Shown here: piece by piece, positions 1 through 11,627 of the stretch
Layout of the letters: each line of letters opens with the position of its first letter
How positions within the stretch are numbered: the first letter of the stretch is position 1
Made by a program: the position numbers and the translations under genes
Assembly: GCA_030324005.1 (NCBI GenBank)
Contig: JARDVH010000137.1
Location: forward strand, 36,174,933 to 36,223,446
From: Negaprion brevirostris
Lineage: Eukaryota
DNA: 48,514 bases
Reading direction: 5' to 3'
Notes under the pieces: model-generated
Database searches by the model: none
The model's input: only the letters and a program-made list of their open reading frames with translations
Told to the model about the DNA's origin: nothing

Positions 1-674
1 CATTTAAAATATGCAATATAGCTGAATCGAACTTGTAATTTTCCCCATGACAACTATATCTTAATGGTTTTATCTTTCACACACACCCATGATAATAGAA
101 TGAGGTGTAGTTCTGAAATTAGGCCTTAGCGCAGGAACATCAAAGTACACTAGGGTTTTCAATGCAATAAAGCAGAGAAATATAGATTAGCACGCATAAT
201 GCCTCATGAGTTTCCAATTTTATCTGATTATTGGAAAGCAAACATTCCCCACACAGGGCGGAGAGTTACCAGCCCTTGCATACCTTCTGGTGGCCAGCTG
301 CCCACCATCTCACTCACAGATGCTGGGAGAGAACCTGATCTTGCAGACAGCAGACCAAAAGATTCATAACAGGCTTGGTAACCAGCAAGAATCACGATTT
401 GGTCCGTTTGCCTGATTCAAGAGGCCATCAGGCATCAAGGCTGGGACCAGCAGCCCCACAGAATTAAGCACATTTATCACAAATATACATTCCTCTATGG
501 TAAATCCCAGATCTAACTATCTCATCTTTGAAGCACCAATCACCACCAGGGATTTTACATTAGTGAGTGAAGGGAAGTTGCCTCAGTTACTGTCTTGTAT
601 CTCCAGGCATGCAGCTTCAGAGCACCATCAAGACACACCTGGAACTAACGGCGACTTGAAGACTTGAACACAAT

Positions 675-1262
675 AATCTGCACTGATACTCCAGTGCAGT
701 ACTGAGGTAGCACCACACGGTTGGATGTATCAGCTTAACATGAAACCAAGGCCTCATCTTCTCTCTCTCTCTCATGCAGACATAAAGGATCCCCTAGCAT
801 GTTGAAAAAGGGCGAGGGAGTTCTCCCCGTGTCCTGGCCAATATTTGTCCTTCAAACAACATTACCAAAACTGGGCGGCACAGTGGTTAGCACTGCTGCC
901 TCACAGCGACCTCAGGTTCAATTCTGGCCTTGGGTCACTTCAGTGTGGAGTTTGCACATTCTTCTCATGTCAGCATGTGTTTCATCTGGGTGCTCCAGTT
1001 TCCTCCCATAGCCTAAAGATATGCAGGTTAGATGGATTGACCATGCTAAATTGTCTCTTAATGTGAGGGGGTCAAGCAGGGTAAATACATGTAGTTAAGA
1101 GGATGGGGCCTGGGTGGGATTGTTGTCGGGGCAGAGCCTATGGGCTGAATGGCCTCCTTTTGCACTGTAGGGATTCTATGATTCTAATTTATGAGGTCAT
1201 TATCTCATTGTTGATGCTGGGACATTGCTGTGTAAAAATTGGCTATTGTGTTTCCTTCAACA
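675..1262 (+). mobile_element. Deu-domain SINE (SacSINE1/AmnSINE1-like), split by an HE1 insertion
   Basis: Deu-type motifs ctccagtgcagtactgagg, ggagttctccccgtgtcctggccaatattt; resumes after 1190 with gtcattatctcattg...ttgctgtgtaaaaattggct. Confidence 0.75.
873..1185 (+). mobile_element. HE1-type V-SINE, tail A (CR1-like)
   Basis: tRNA-like head gggcggcacagtggttagcactgctgcctcacagc...ggttcaattc, V domain gtgtggagtttgcacattct, tail gggctgaatggcctcc...ctgtagggattctatgattct. Confidence 0.9.
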
Positions 1263-2124
1263 ATGGCTGCCAATGCTCCTTCTATCTTCTCGACCTGTGT
1301 ACAGTCAGCTTGTTGCACTGCATAATCCCTTTAAGATTGATGCACATTTGCGCATGTCCATGTCTTAAATGAAATGTTGCTTGTGTGAAGCCTGTTTGTT
1401 CTTATGATAGCAAAGTTCCAATTGCTTGACAGCCATGCACATTAGAGGGCTGAACCTTAGTAATTACATTCCAACAGTACTTCACTGGTTGTAACATGCT
1501 TTGGGGATTTCCTGCGGTTGTGAAAAGCACACTACAAATATGAGCCTCGAGCTTCTTTCTTTCTCTCTCAAATATGGTAGTGTGTTTTACAGAGAGACGC
1601 AGTCTGTGAACCAGCTGAACACTGTCAGTATCTTCAAATGGTACTCTAACAAGTTTCAACGAACATCATGGTTTGGAAAGGTTTAGTATAGGATGTTTGA
1701 CATAAAGGTCAAAAGTATACAATACCTCTCCTAGTAATGGTTGTTCATGCCTTGACAATTACCTTGTTAATATTTGTCATGTCAATCACACTTTTAAGTT
1801 AAGAGAAACAGGTGATGGGTATTATTTGACTTTGAGCACAAATGAATAGGGGATAGGTGGGACACTGGGTTGTGTGAGAGGAGAACTGTGACACTGAGCA
1901 AATCAATAAATTATCTCATTAAAGAAAAGCTCTGTACCTTGGTTTCAGCTTCATTAACTGGCTTGGTTCCTATTAATAATGACAATTAACCCTTAATGAA
2001 TGCAGACAACAGATGTGTTTAATTTCCTTAGATAATAGATTTCTTAATCCGTTAAAGTGTTCCACCATAATAAATTGATGACTATCTGTATTGAACACAA
2101 TTAACTACGAGCTATCACACAGGA

Positions 2125-2428
2125 GGCATGATAGTACAACAGTTAGTACTGCTGCCTCACAGTGTCAGGGACCTAAGTTTAATTTTGGCCTTAAGCAACT
2201 GTCTGTGTCTCTTTGTGTTTGTGTGGGTTTCCTTCGGGTGCTCTGGTTTCCTCCCACAGTTCAAAGATGCACAGGTCAAGTGAATTGGTCATGATAAATT
2301 GTCCCTTAGTATGTAGGTAGAGGGATTAGCAGTTTAATATGTGGGGTTATGGTGGTAGGGCCTTGGTGTGATACTCTGTTGGAGTATTGATGGGCTGAAT
2401 TGCCTCCTTCTGCACTGTAGTGATTCTG
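2125..2428 (+). mobile_element. HE1-type V-SINE, tail A
   Basis: Same head, V domain and tail as 873-1185, more diverged. Confidence 0.85.
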
Positions 2429-3189
2429 TTCTGAGATATCAAACCTTCCTCCAAGTGTTTTTACTGTCTTCTTAAATGGTAGCACCAACATTACAAAATC
2501 ACAAAGTTGCAATCTTGCTGCTTTATATATAGTGCAAAGCATAATGAACACTAAATATTTCATAACTGGGTCAATAAGTGCCTGTGTACATTTACTACAT
2601 GGAAGGAGATGGGAGGCTGCAGTATATTTAGCCAACTCCACATTGCATTCTCATGCCCTGGGAGAAAATATCTTTCTGCATATGCTGCACAGAAGCTAAA
2701 TATTAGCAAGATATTATCACAAGTTGGACAGTTTTGAGTGGGAAAGTTTGTAGCAGAGGTTAGGCCTGAATTTAAAGTTTTGCTATTTAGAACTGCTACT
2801 CTAAACTTACGTATTCTATTTATTTTAAAAAGACATAATCTAGCATGAAAGGGAATGTTTAGCTAATAAGACAATTCTGAATTGCACTGAGCTTTTAACT
2901 GCAGTTTGTTTTTTAATTACATATTCTTCTTTAATATCTGACACAAAATTAGATAACTCAATTTATAAAACTTCTCATTACCACAGAAAATATTGGGAGT
3001 GCAAGACAGATTTAAGAGGATGTGTTGTTAACTTTAGCGATTTTTTTACTATTCCATNNNNNNNNNNGTGTTGTGTCTGCTGAGGTAATGCATGCTGATA
3101 TCAACAAAATCAAATTGGTTATTCCAGGGATGTGCACTTAATGGTCTTCAGCTCATTCTCATCTCACTAAACTGAGCAGCAGAGACAGA

Positions 3190-4225
3190 CAGATCATCCC
3201 AGATCTTTCAGTCTCGGGATTGTTGGAGACCACACGAGGCGCACTTTGCGAACCTGTGGGAGTCCCAATGCACTGACTCCATGGGATTGTCCGCGAAGTT
3301 TGATCTTCCAATGGGCACTTCCCCTGCTCCCTCAGAACCCAGCCAAAAAGTCTCCGACTCTGACTTCCAATCCGAAGCTTTAGACAGCTCTGAGTTATTT
3401 TCCTAGCTGGTTACCCAGGCAATGTTACACAGAATGGGATAATTCATGAAGGCCCTGACTTCTCAATCTTGGTCCTCGCCTAAGGTGTGGTGATCCTCGG
3501 TTTAAATCGTCGCCAGTCACCTTTCCACCTCAAAGGGGAAAGCAGCCTATGGTCATCTGAGAATACGGCGACTTTACCTTCTCACTTTACTGCTACATAA
3601 AAAAAAACCTGCTCAGCTCCTGGATAATTATGTAACTGACCCACGAACGGGGAGCAGTTGTGATGGTCCAGTCGGAAGCACCCAAGGCCATTGAAGCCGC
3701 TCGTGAGTTGAGAGCAAGGGTGGGGATGCCCTCTTGAGCAGTACCAGCTTGACACTGCCAGTCTGGCACCCTGGTACATCCACTGGGCACAGTGCCAAGG
3801 AGCAGGGCCTATGGGGGCAGGGCCTAAAAGGATGAGGATAAGCCAGGATGGGGCTGTCAGGTATGGGGCCTACAGGGGCAGCTTAATTAGGTAGGGAGGA
3901 CAGCCTATTGCCTCTCTGGAATGCAATTGGTGATAAGGGAGAAGGGTGTAATTGGTTTGTGCGGTGGGAGGAGCAATTAGTATACGCAGACATTGTGCAT
4001 GTGCAATGAAAGATCTGCACGTGAACAATGGCTCTCTCTGCTGCTGCAGAAGCCTTCCCGGCAAGTTAAGCCCTGCCCACTCGCTCTAGCCGTTAGAAAC
4101 AGTCTGGTCCATTTTTCCTTGTCTAAGTGCCAAAGATCCTGAATTTGGACTTTCCCAAAAAACGGATCTGAAACTCTCCTGTTTTCATGCTAGCTAGGTA
4201 CTTAGAATTTTCCTCATAATCTCTA
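3190..4225. mobile_element. Probable old non-autonomous DNA transposon (Harbinger-like subterminal sequence)
   Basis: Reverse complement of the right end (attctaagt...gagtttcagatcc) resembles 19690-19715 and 42650-42690; left part weakly resembles 29030-29240. Confidence 0.35.
3455..3582 (+). repeat. Short retroposon 3'-end fragment, family uncertain
   Basis: ggtcctcgcctaaggtgtggtgatcc...caaaggggaaagcagcctatggtcatctg...ggcgactttac interrupts the surrounding element; recalled as a common shark repeat. Confidence 0.4.
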
Positions 4226-4439
4226 CATATTCACAGTTGTTAGTGTTTGGTGCTCCTTCAATCATAGTCTATTTCTCTCCCTTTCTGATCAGAAATCAGA
4301 AAGTTCTGATTTCTCTCCAAAGAGAACTGATGTTGTAGAAATCTTCCATTCGCTGATCTGTCTTACCAGCCTTTTGATCAGTGGCTCCAGGGTCCACATG
4401 GCAGGGTTTCCCAGGCCAAAATCCGGCCTGCAGGCCACC

Positions 4440-5375
4440 AGTTTGGTAATATACCTTATGTTCAGGAGTCTTGCCCTTTTTGAGCCGGGAGTCCGTTATT
4501 GCCTTAAAATCACATTCCCACATGTCTATATGCATCTGCAGCTCATCAACATTATTTACCACATTCCATGCATTTATATACGTGCACAATAAATTTAATG
4601 TTTACCTTGCTCCGTTTCATTTGATCCTACTTAACACTATGTTATTTCCAACCCTAGTGCTCTCTGTCTCCCCCAACCTTTTGTGCATCTTGTTTCTCCT
4701 TGCTCATATTTTCTGGTTCCCTGCCAAATTAGTTTAAATCTTCCCAACCGCTCGAGCAAATTGCCCCACGAGGGTATTGATCTCTGTTCAGGGGGGCAAC
4801 CTTTCCACTCTCCATGAATCCAATCTACCTCGAAGCAATCCCAATCTCTTCGGAATTAAAAGTCCTCCCTCCTGCACCATCTCCATAGTTACGCTTTTAT
4901 TTGTTCTATGTCAGTATTCAATAATGCAGGCTACTGGATTTGATTATTTGCTCGATTTTTCTCAGACTGCAGGTTTCGTTCTCCTTTCGAGCCATGTCAT
5001 TAGTAGCGAAATGGACCGTGGCTGTTCATCCTTCCCCACCGCCCCACTTAGAGTGTTCTGCAGCTCTTCAGTGGTATTCTTGACCCTAGAATNNNNNNNN
5101 NNNNNNNNNNNNNNNNNNNNNAGAGAAATGTCTATAACCCTAACAATCAAATTACCCATCAGTTTTGATTTTCCAGTCTTTCTCCTGTTCAGTTAGCCAG
5201 TGGGGTGCCATGGACCTGGGTCAAGCCACACTCCCAATGTGAACAACCACATTGGTCAGTTTTCAGAACTAACGGCTGGTTGGAGATTGAGGTGCACCCA
5301 GGGAATTCCTGCACCATCTACTTAAATCTCCTTGCCTGCCTGGTGGTTACTCATTTCTTGGCTTGCATCCTAGCA
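4440..5375 (-). mobile_element. CR1 LINE fragment: ORF1 esterase region and ORF2 endonuclease N-terminus
   Basis: Minus-strand peptides CTYINAWNVVNNVDELQ..WECDFKAITDS (APE start) and GNLIVRVID...RVKN..LQNTL..EQP (SGNH-esterase-like ORF1). Confidence 0.75.
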
Positions 5376-5384
5376 TCCTAAAAG

Positions 5385-6938
5385 AAGTATCTACAGAGAT
5401 GTTAGGTACATTGGCTGTAATTTTCCAAAAATCATTGGATTCTGTAGAGATACTGGAGGATTGCAAACTTCCACCGGGAGACCCCTATTCATAAATGGAG
5501 GGAGTCTAAAAGCAGGTAACAATAGGCTGATTAGCCCAAAATCTATTGTTGGCAAAATGTTGGAATCAATTATTAAGGAAGTAATAGTGGCACATTAGGA
5601 AATCAAAATCTAATCAAGTAGAGTCAGCCTGGCTTCATGAAAGGAAATCATGACTAATTAATTTTTCAAGGAATTCTCAACTACAGTGAATAGAGGGGAA
5701 CCATTAGATGTGTTGTATTTAGACTTCCGGAGACATTTGCCAAGGTACCTTTCAAGGTTACGTCATAAGATAAGAGCCCATGGTAATATATTGGTATGGA
5801 TGGAGAGTTAGTTAATGGGCAAGAAACAGCAAGTGGGGGTAACGGGGTTCTTTTTTACTTTAGGGCTCCAAAGGGATCAGTGCTGGGATGGCAACTGCTT
5901 ACAATATATATTAATGACTTGGAGAAAGGAAGCAAATGCACTGTAGCCAAATTTGCAAATGACACAAAAATAGATGAAAAGGCAAGTTGTGAAAGGGATA
6001 CAAATAAGTATAGGTTAAATAAATGGGCAGAAAGTTGGCCAATGGAGTATAACATGGAAAATGTGAAGTTGTTCATTTTGGAAGGAGGATAAAAGAGCAA
6101 AGTATTATTTAAATGGAGAGAAACTACAGAAAATGCAACACAATGGGATTTGGGGGTATTTGACAAACACAGAAAGCTAGCATCCAGATGCAGCAGGTAA
6201 TCAGGAGGGTTAATGGGACATTGGCCCTTATTTTAAGGGGGTTGGAGAACAAGAATAGGGAAGTCTTTCTGCAACTGTTCAAGGCACTGGTGAGAACACA
6301 TATGGAGTCTTGTGAGCAGTTTTGGTCCCCTTATTCAAGGAAAAATACTATTTCATTGGAGGAAGTTCAGAGGACGTTCATAAGTCCATAAGCTATAGGA
6401 GCAGAATTAGGCTGTTTGGCCCATCGAGTGTGCTCCATCATTTGAACATGGCTGATGATCATGGTTCACTGGGATGATCCCCGGTATGGAGGGATTGTCT
6501 CATGAGGAAAGATTAAACAGGTTGGGACTCTACTCATTGGAACTTAGAAGCATGGGAGGCGATTTTATTGAACCATATAGGATTCTTAAGGGACTTGACA
6601 GAGTAAATACTGAGAAGGTATGTCCTCTCATGGGAGAGCCTAGGATCAGAGGGCACAGTCTCAGAATAGAGGGACACCAGTTTAAGACTGAGATGAGAAT
6701 TTCTTCCCTCAGAGGGTTGTGAGTCTTTGAAATTCCTTGCCACTGAGAGCTGTGGGAACAGAGTCATTATGGGTATTTAAGGCTGAGACAGATTTTTAGT
6801 CAGAGAATCGAGGGTTATGGGGAAAGCACAGGAAAGTGAACATGAGGAATGCTAGATCAGCCAAGATCCTATTGAATGACAGGGTAAGTTTGAGGAGCTG
6901 AATGGCCTACTCCTGATTCTGTTTCTTGAGGTCTTATG
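5385..6938 (+). mobile_element. CR1 LINE, RT to 3' UTR, decayed; inserted into the minus-strand CR1
   Basis: Peptides PKGSVLG..LLTIYINDL..KFANDTKI, LFKALVRTHMESCEQFWSP, EERLNRLGLYSLE; a small inverted CR1 tail sits at about 6379-6458. Confidence 0.9.
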
Positions 6939-6939
6939 G

Positions 6940-7120
6940 TCCCCTCTGCCTGCATACCCTTAAACTGCAATCTGACCACATCTGTAAACATGCTATCCAC
7001 AAAACTCTCAACCTCACAAGTGAAGAAAACTAAAACCTGAAGTTCAAGCTGCTGTAGCGGATAACATTTCCTGCACTTGTGATTGTCCAGGATATGATAA
7101 GTGCTCTGGCATACATCCAC
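6940..7120 (-). mobile_element. CR1 ORF1 N-terminal zinc-finger fragment (5' part of the 4440-5375 element)
   Basis: ILDNHKCRKCYPLQQLELQV...ESFVDSMFTDVV matches the CR1 ORF1 H-x-CRKC motif. Confidence 0.7.
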
Positions 7121-7154
7121 TTCTTGCCTTCAAACAACTGCACAGCCTCAAACA

Positions 7155-8226
7155 GATCATTGTCCGCAGCAATCTACCCAGCCTTCAGGAGAACAGTGAC
7201 CGCGACGTCACACAACCCTGCTTCAGCAACCTCTACAAGACGTGCTGGATCATCGACACAGATGCCATCATCTCACATGAGAACACCATCCACCAGGTAC
7301 ATGGTACATACTCTTGCAACTCGTCCAATGTTGTCTACCAGATACACTGCAGGATTGGATGTCCTGAGGCATGGTGCATTCGGGAGACCATGCAGACGCT
7401 ATGACAACGGATGAATGAATGCCGCTCGACAATCACGAGTGTTGGGGAACACTTCAGGGGTCACGGGTAGTCGACCTCTGATTTTCGGGTAAGTGTTTTC
7501 CAAGGTGGTCTTCACAACACACGACAGCATTGAGTCACTGAGCAGAGACTGATAGCCAAGTTCCGCACACATGAGGACAGCCTCACCCGGAATCTNNNNN
7601 NNNNNNNNNNNNNNNNNNNNNNNNNNNNNNNNNNNNNNNNNNNNNNNNNNNNNNNNNNNNNNNNNNNNNNNNNNNNNNNNNNNNNNNNNNNNNNNGGATA
7701 TCCCAAGGCACGGTACATTGGGGAGACCATGCAGACACTACGACAACGAATGAATGAACACTGCTCAACAATCACCTGTTCTCTTCTTGTTGGGGAACAC
7801 TTCACCAGTCATGGGCATTTGGCCTCTGATCTTCGGGTAAGCATTCTCCAACACTTACCCAACACACGACAATGCAGTTGTTGAGCAGAGACTGATAGCC
7901 AAGTTCCCCAAACATGAGGAACCCCCACGACTTGCCTGGGCTTGCAAAATCTCACTAATTGTCCTGGCTGGAGACAATGCACAGCTCTTTAACCAACACT
8001 TAACCCTCTCTCCACTCACATTGTCTGTACCTTTAGGACTTGATTACCTGTAAAGATTCACATTCCAACCATTATTTTGTAAATTGAGTTTGTGTCTTTA
8101 TATGCCTTGTTTGTGAACAGAACTCCCACTTACCTGATGAAGGAGCAGCGCTCTGAAAGCTAGTGGCTTGTGCTACCAAATAAACCTGTTGAACTTTAAC
8201 CTGGTATTGTGAGACTTCTTACTGTA
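7155..8226 (+). mobile_element. Penelope-like element: GIY-YIG endonuclease region in partial tandem, plus 3' terminal repeat
   Basis: Translation ...YSCNSSNVVYQIHC...WCIRETMQTL*QRMNE...VGEHF...EQRLIAKF; second copy YIGETMQTLRQRMNEH at 7696-7920; terminal aaataaacctgttgaactttaacctggtattgtgagacttcttac. Confidence 0.9.
8126..8166 (+). ncRNA. Minimal type I hammerhead ribozyme motif in the Penelope 3' repeat
   Basis: ccact-tac-CTGATGA-a-ggagc-agc-gctct-GAAA-gct-agtgg: core boxes, stem II ggagc/gctct and stem I ccact/agtgg. Confidence 0.7.
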
Positions 8227-8734
8227 TATTCCCACATGGAACAGGATGCACATCCCATAGATCCAAGCTGCCCTATTGTGACTGTAATAATTAGACTATT
8301 AAACTTACTACCCAAAAAAAGGAAAGAATTTTATGCCAGTGGGACTTCACATTCCGCCAATGTCAATGGACTTTTGAAGACTTGCCACATTTTATGGCCC
8401 AGTCCTTATGAGGCCATAAAAGTACATAAAAGTAATGAAAAGATTCATTAGTTATTCACCATTCAGCTGTTTCTCCTGTGCTAGTGTCACTTTCCCTTAT
8501 TAGGAAATTAAGTGAAATTACTGATCCACCAAAACAAAGCCACACAAATCTGACATGAATATAACTGTATAAAGACTTTGTGTGTGGACAAACATCAGTT
8601 ATCATGTGAGAATGTATCAATCTGCCTCAGAGACACCTACAGTAAAGCTGAGGCATTGGCTGACACATTGAAAGAGAAAGATGAAAAAGATAGTGCTGTT
8701 CTCAAACTCACGACAAGCCAAAGTGATTTACGTC

Positions 8735-9428
8735 TAATTAAGTACTTTTTTGAAGTGTAATTCTTAATGTTACGTAAGAAATGTGGCAGCCGCATTGTGC
8801 ACACAGCCCACAAGCAGAATTGTGATAAATAACCAAATCACTTGGTTCAGCCATTGACTGAGGGAAAGATGTTAAGTTTATTTATTAGTCACAAGTAGCC
8901 TTACATTAGCACTTCAGTGAAATTACTGCGAAAATCCCCTAGTTACCACACTCCAGCGCCTGTTTGGGTACATTGAGGGAGAGGTTAGCACAGCCAATAC
9001 ACCAAACCTGTACATGTTTCAGACTGTGGGAGGAAACTAGAACACCCAGAGGGAACCCACGCAGACATGAGGAGAACGCGCAGACTCCGCACAGTGTCCC
9101 AAGCCAGAATTGTACCTGGGTCCCTGGCACTGTGAGGCAGCAGTGCTAATCTCTATGCCACCATGCCACCCAAACATTTTACAGGGGGAACTCCCAGACT
9201 CTTCTTTGAAATAGGGGCACAGACTCCTTTACATCCACTTGAGAGAGCAGAAAGGGCCTCAATTTAACAACCTTTCTGAAAGAAGGCACCTCCAACAGCA
9301 CAGCATTTCCTCAGTACCACACGGAGGTGTCAGCCTCGAATTTCTCCTCCATTCCCTGTGCGGGGTGGGGGCATGAACCCACAACCTTCTGACTGAAGGA
9401 GAAGGATGTTACTACTGAGACAAGGCTG
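8735..9428 (-). mobile_element. Deu-domain SINE (SacSINE1-like), split by an HE1 insertion
   Basis: Reverse-strand tRNA-like head (gaacccacaaccttctgact), Deu motifs ggcacctccaacagcacagcatttcctcagtac, tail aagtacttttttgaagtgta. Confidence 0.75.
8874..9170 (-). mobile_element. HE1-type V-SINE, tail B
   Basis: HE1 head and V domain on the minus strand; tail reads aagtttatttattagtcacaagtagccttacatt on the plus strand. Confidence 0.85.
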
Positions 9429-11149
9429 GGATTTGACTGTTGTATCGCGCATCTGCGTTAAAATCACCATCAGCGTGTTGCTCTTGGTGAGTGGAGGCAG
9501 GGTCACAACTCAGGAAATAGAAGCAGGAGCATGCCCCAGGAGTTTCAAGCTCACCCTGCCATAAAATACGGGCAATGGCTGAGCTCTGGAAGGAGGGGGA
9601 CAAAATCCAGGACCACCAGCCCCGTCAAGGCAATCGGTTCAGCTTGATCAGAGTGCATGCACTTACTTGCACACTCATTGTCAATGCCCCTACAGTAAAT
9701 AAATAGTTGAGCAATCCTCCACGCTGAGTGATTATAGCATTTCGAACAGTAAATGTGCCCTATACAAGCTTTAAGCATCAAACAAAAGGCGAGGGGAGGT
9801 TTGTTTAAGCACAGCAGTCAAATTTACTGCTCTGACTTTATTGGGCCATTGGTAAATTGAGAGTCCTACTCCGACAATCACATCAGATGAGCCCAATATT
9901 TGAACCCAGGAACACCCCATTTTGATGAAAGGTGAGTTTTGACATCAGAATTTAACTGGTGGAATCATCGTCTCAGCCACAACGGCTGAAGTATAGAACT
10001 GAAAAAGATGAAGTCTTTATTGCAACCAGCTCTTCTGCTAATGTGTGCAACAACAGAAAAGGTTCACCCCGGAGAGAGATTTTTAATTCCTTTGCTGGCA
10101 GCTGATTAGCCTCGTAGCTACAATGCCAACTTTGCAACCAGATGGTTTCTGGGTTGAGCTCAAGTCGTACGTGCCACCCAATGCTCCAATCAATCTGCTC
10201 CAGATGATAGAGTGTTTCTGTTTTCATTTTTTTTGTGTCTGGATTACTGGGCTGAGAGCGGCAGATAATTTTACCGATGGGCCGTGTGCAGCCAGCCCGG
10301 TTACATCTCTCCTGGAGAAAACGTCAACTTGCCTCGGCACAACACGATTAATGCAGCGAAACGTTCCCATTCCTCGATTTCCAGCACTCCAGGCACCAGC
10401 TTTATTAAAAACATGCCAGAGAGTGATCAGAATACTCGCGAGCATAAACCTGCTTCAGTGCACAGTGCAAACAGAATCCCCATGTCTCAACCCAATGCCT
10501 TTCAAGCCGTCAGCTCAGCTGGTCATTTCTAAACCTGGACTGCTGGCTCCCTCAAGTGGCCCCTAAGCTCAACATGCTTATTTTTAAGAGCGCGTAGTTT
10601 GAGTAATGTTGTCTGATAAAGTGGGAGGTATGCTTTACAGAGGTGATCAATCCATTTTAAATGGAAAATGCGTCCAAAACACATCCATGTTGTAGCCATA
10701 AGCACACACACAAAGAATACTGTGTGTTCATTTCTTTTAATTCTTCGAAATAATCCTTCAAATTCACAACATGTCTGTAGCTACTGACAGAAAGAAGTTA
10801 GCAAGATGGGCGTTTGAGCTCAGTCAGGGCAAGTGGTCCCACAGCATCCAATGAAAAGTTGGTGTTATGAAGATCAGCCGAGGGAAGAATGCAATAGTGT
10901 AAAGTCATTCACTGCCTAAGGTCACGCATGAAGAGTAAGTCATGAATCACTGAATTAATATTTCAAAGTCTCTTCGAAATGAAGAGAACCTCTGCATGTT
11001 AACATGAGAAATGAATTATTCCTGGTTTTTGACATTCTTTTGAAAACAAAAGCTTAATGGCTTCAAGTTAATTTTCCTACATTCCCCAGATATTTCTCTC
11101 TTTGCCATTTTTACTAGGATGAGAACTGTTTGGAAGAAAAACCCCAGGT

Positions 11150-11627
11150 TCCAACACCAGACTCTCACCTACTTTTACAGATGCGCCATGGAAAGCATTC
11201 TTTTTGGTTGTATCACAGCTTGGTATGGCTCCTGCTCTGCTCAAGACCACCAGAAAGGGTCGTGAATGAAGCCTAGTCCATCACTCAAATCAGCCTCCCA
11301 CCCACTGACTCCGTCTACACTTCCCACTGCCTCGGAAAAGCAGCCAGCATAATCAAGAATCCCACACATTCCAGACATACTCTCTTCCACCTTCTTCTGT
11401 CAGGAAAAAGAAACAAACCTCTGAAGTTACGTATCAACAGCATCTTCCCTGCTGCCATCAGAATTTTGAATGGACTTACCATATATTAGGCTGATCTTTT
11501 TCTGCACTCTCTCCTTTCCATCTCCCCAATGTATTCTATGAATGGCATACTTTGTTGTATTGTGCTCAAGGAACAATACTTTTCACTGTATACTAGTACA
11601 TGTGACAATAATAAATCAAATCAAATC
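11150..11627 (+). mobile_element. Rex1/Babar-type LINE 3' fragment
   Basis: TLTYFYRCAMESILFGCITAWYGSCSAQD; ends ttttcactgtatactagtacatgtgacaataataaatcaaatcaaatc. Confidence 0.85.

Noticed and set aside
873..935. tRNA-like A/B boxes here and at other SINE heads
   Set aside because: These are SINE heads continuing into V or Deu domains, not tRNA genes
1501..1686. Possible plus-strand exon after tgtgttttacag
   Set aside because: Only weak donors follow and the peptide is not recognised
8578..8760. Protein-like stretch RDTYSKAEALADTLKEKDEKDSAV after a possible acceptor
   Set aside because: No good splice donor before the stop; runs into a SINE tail; no recognised homology
10123..10566. Longest gap-free ORF outside recognised repeats (147 aa)
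   Set aside because: No recognisable domain, composition looks random, no convincing exon structure
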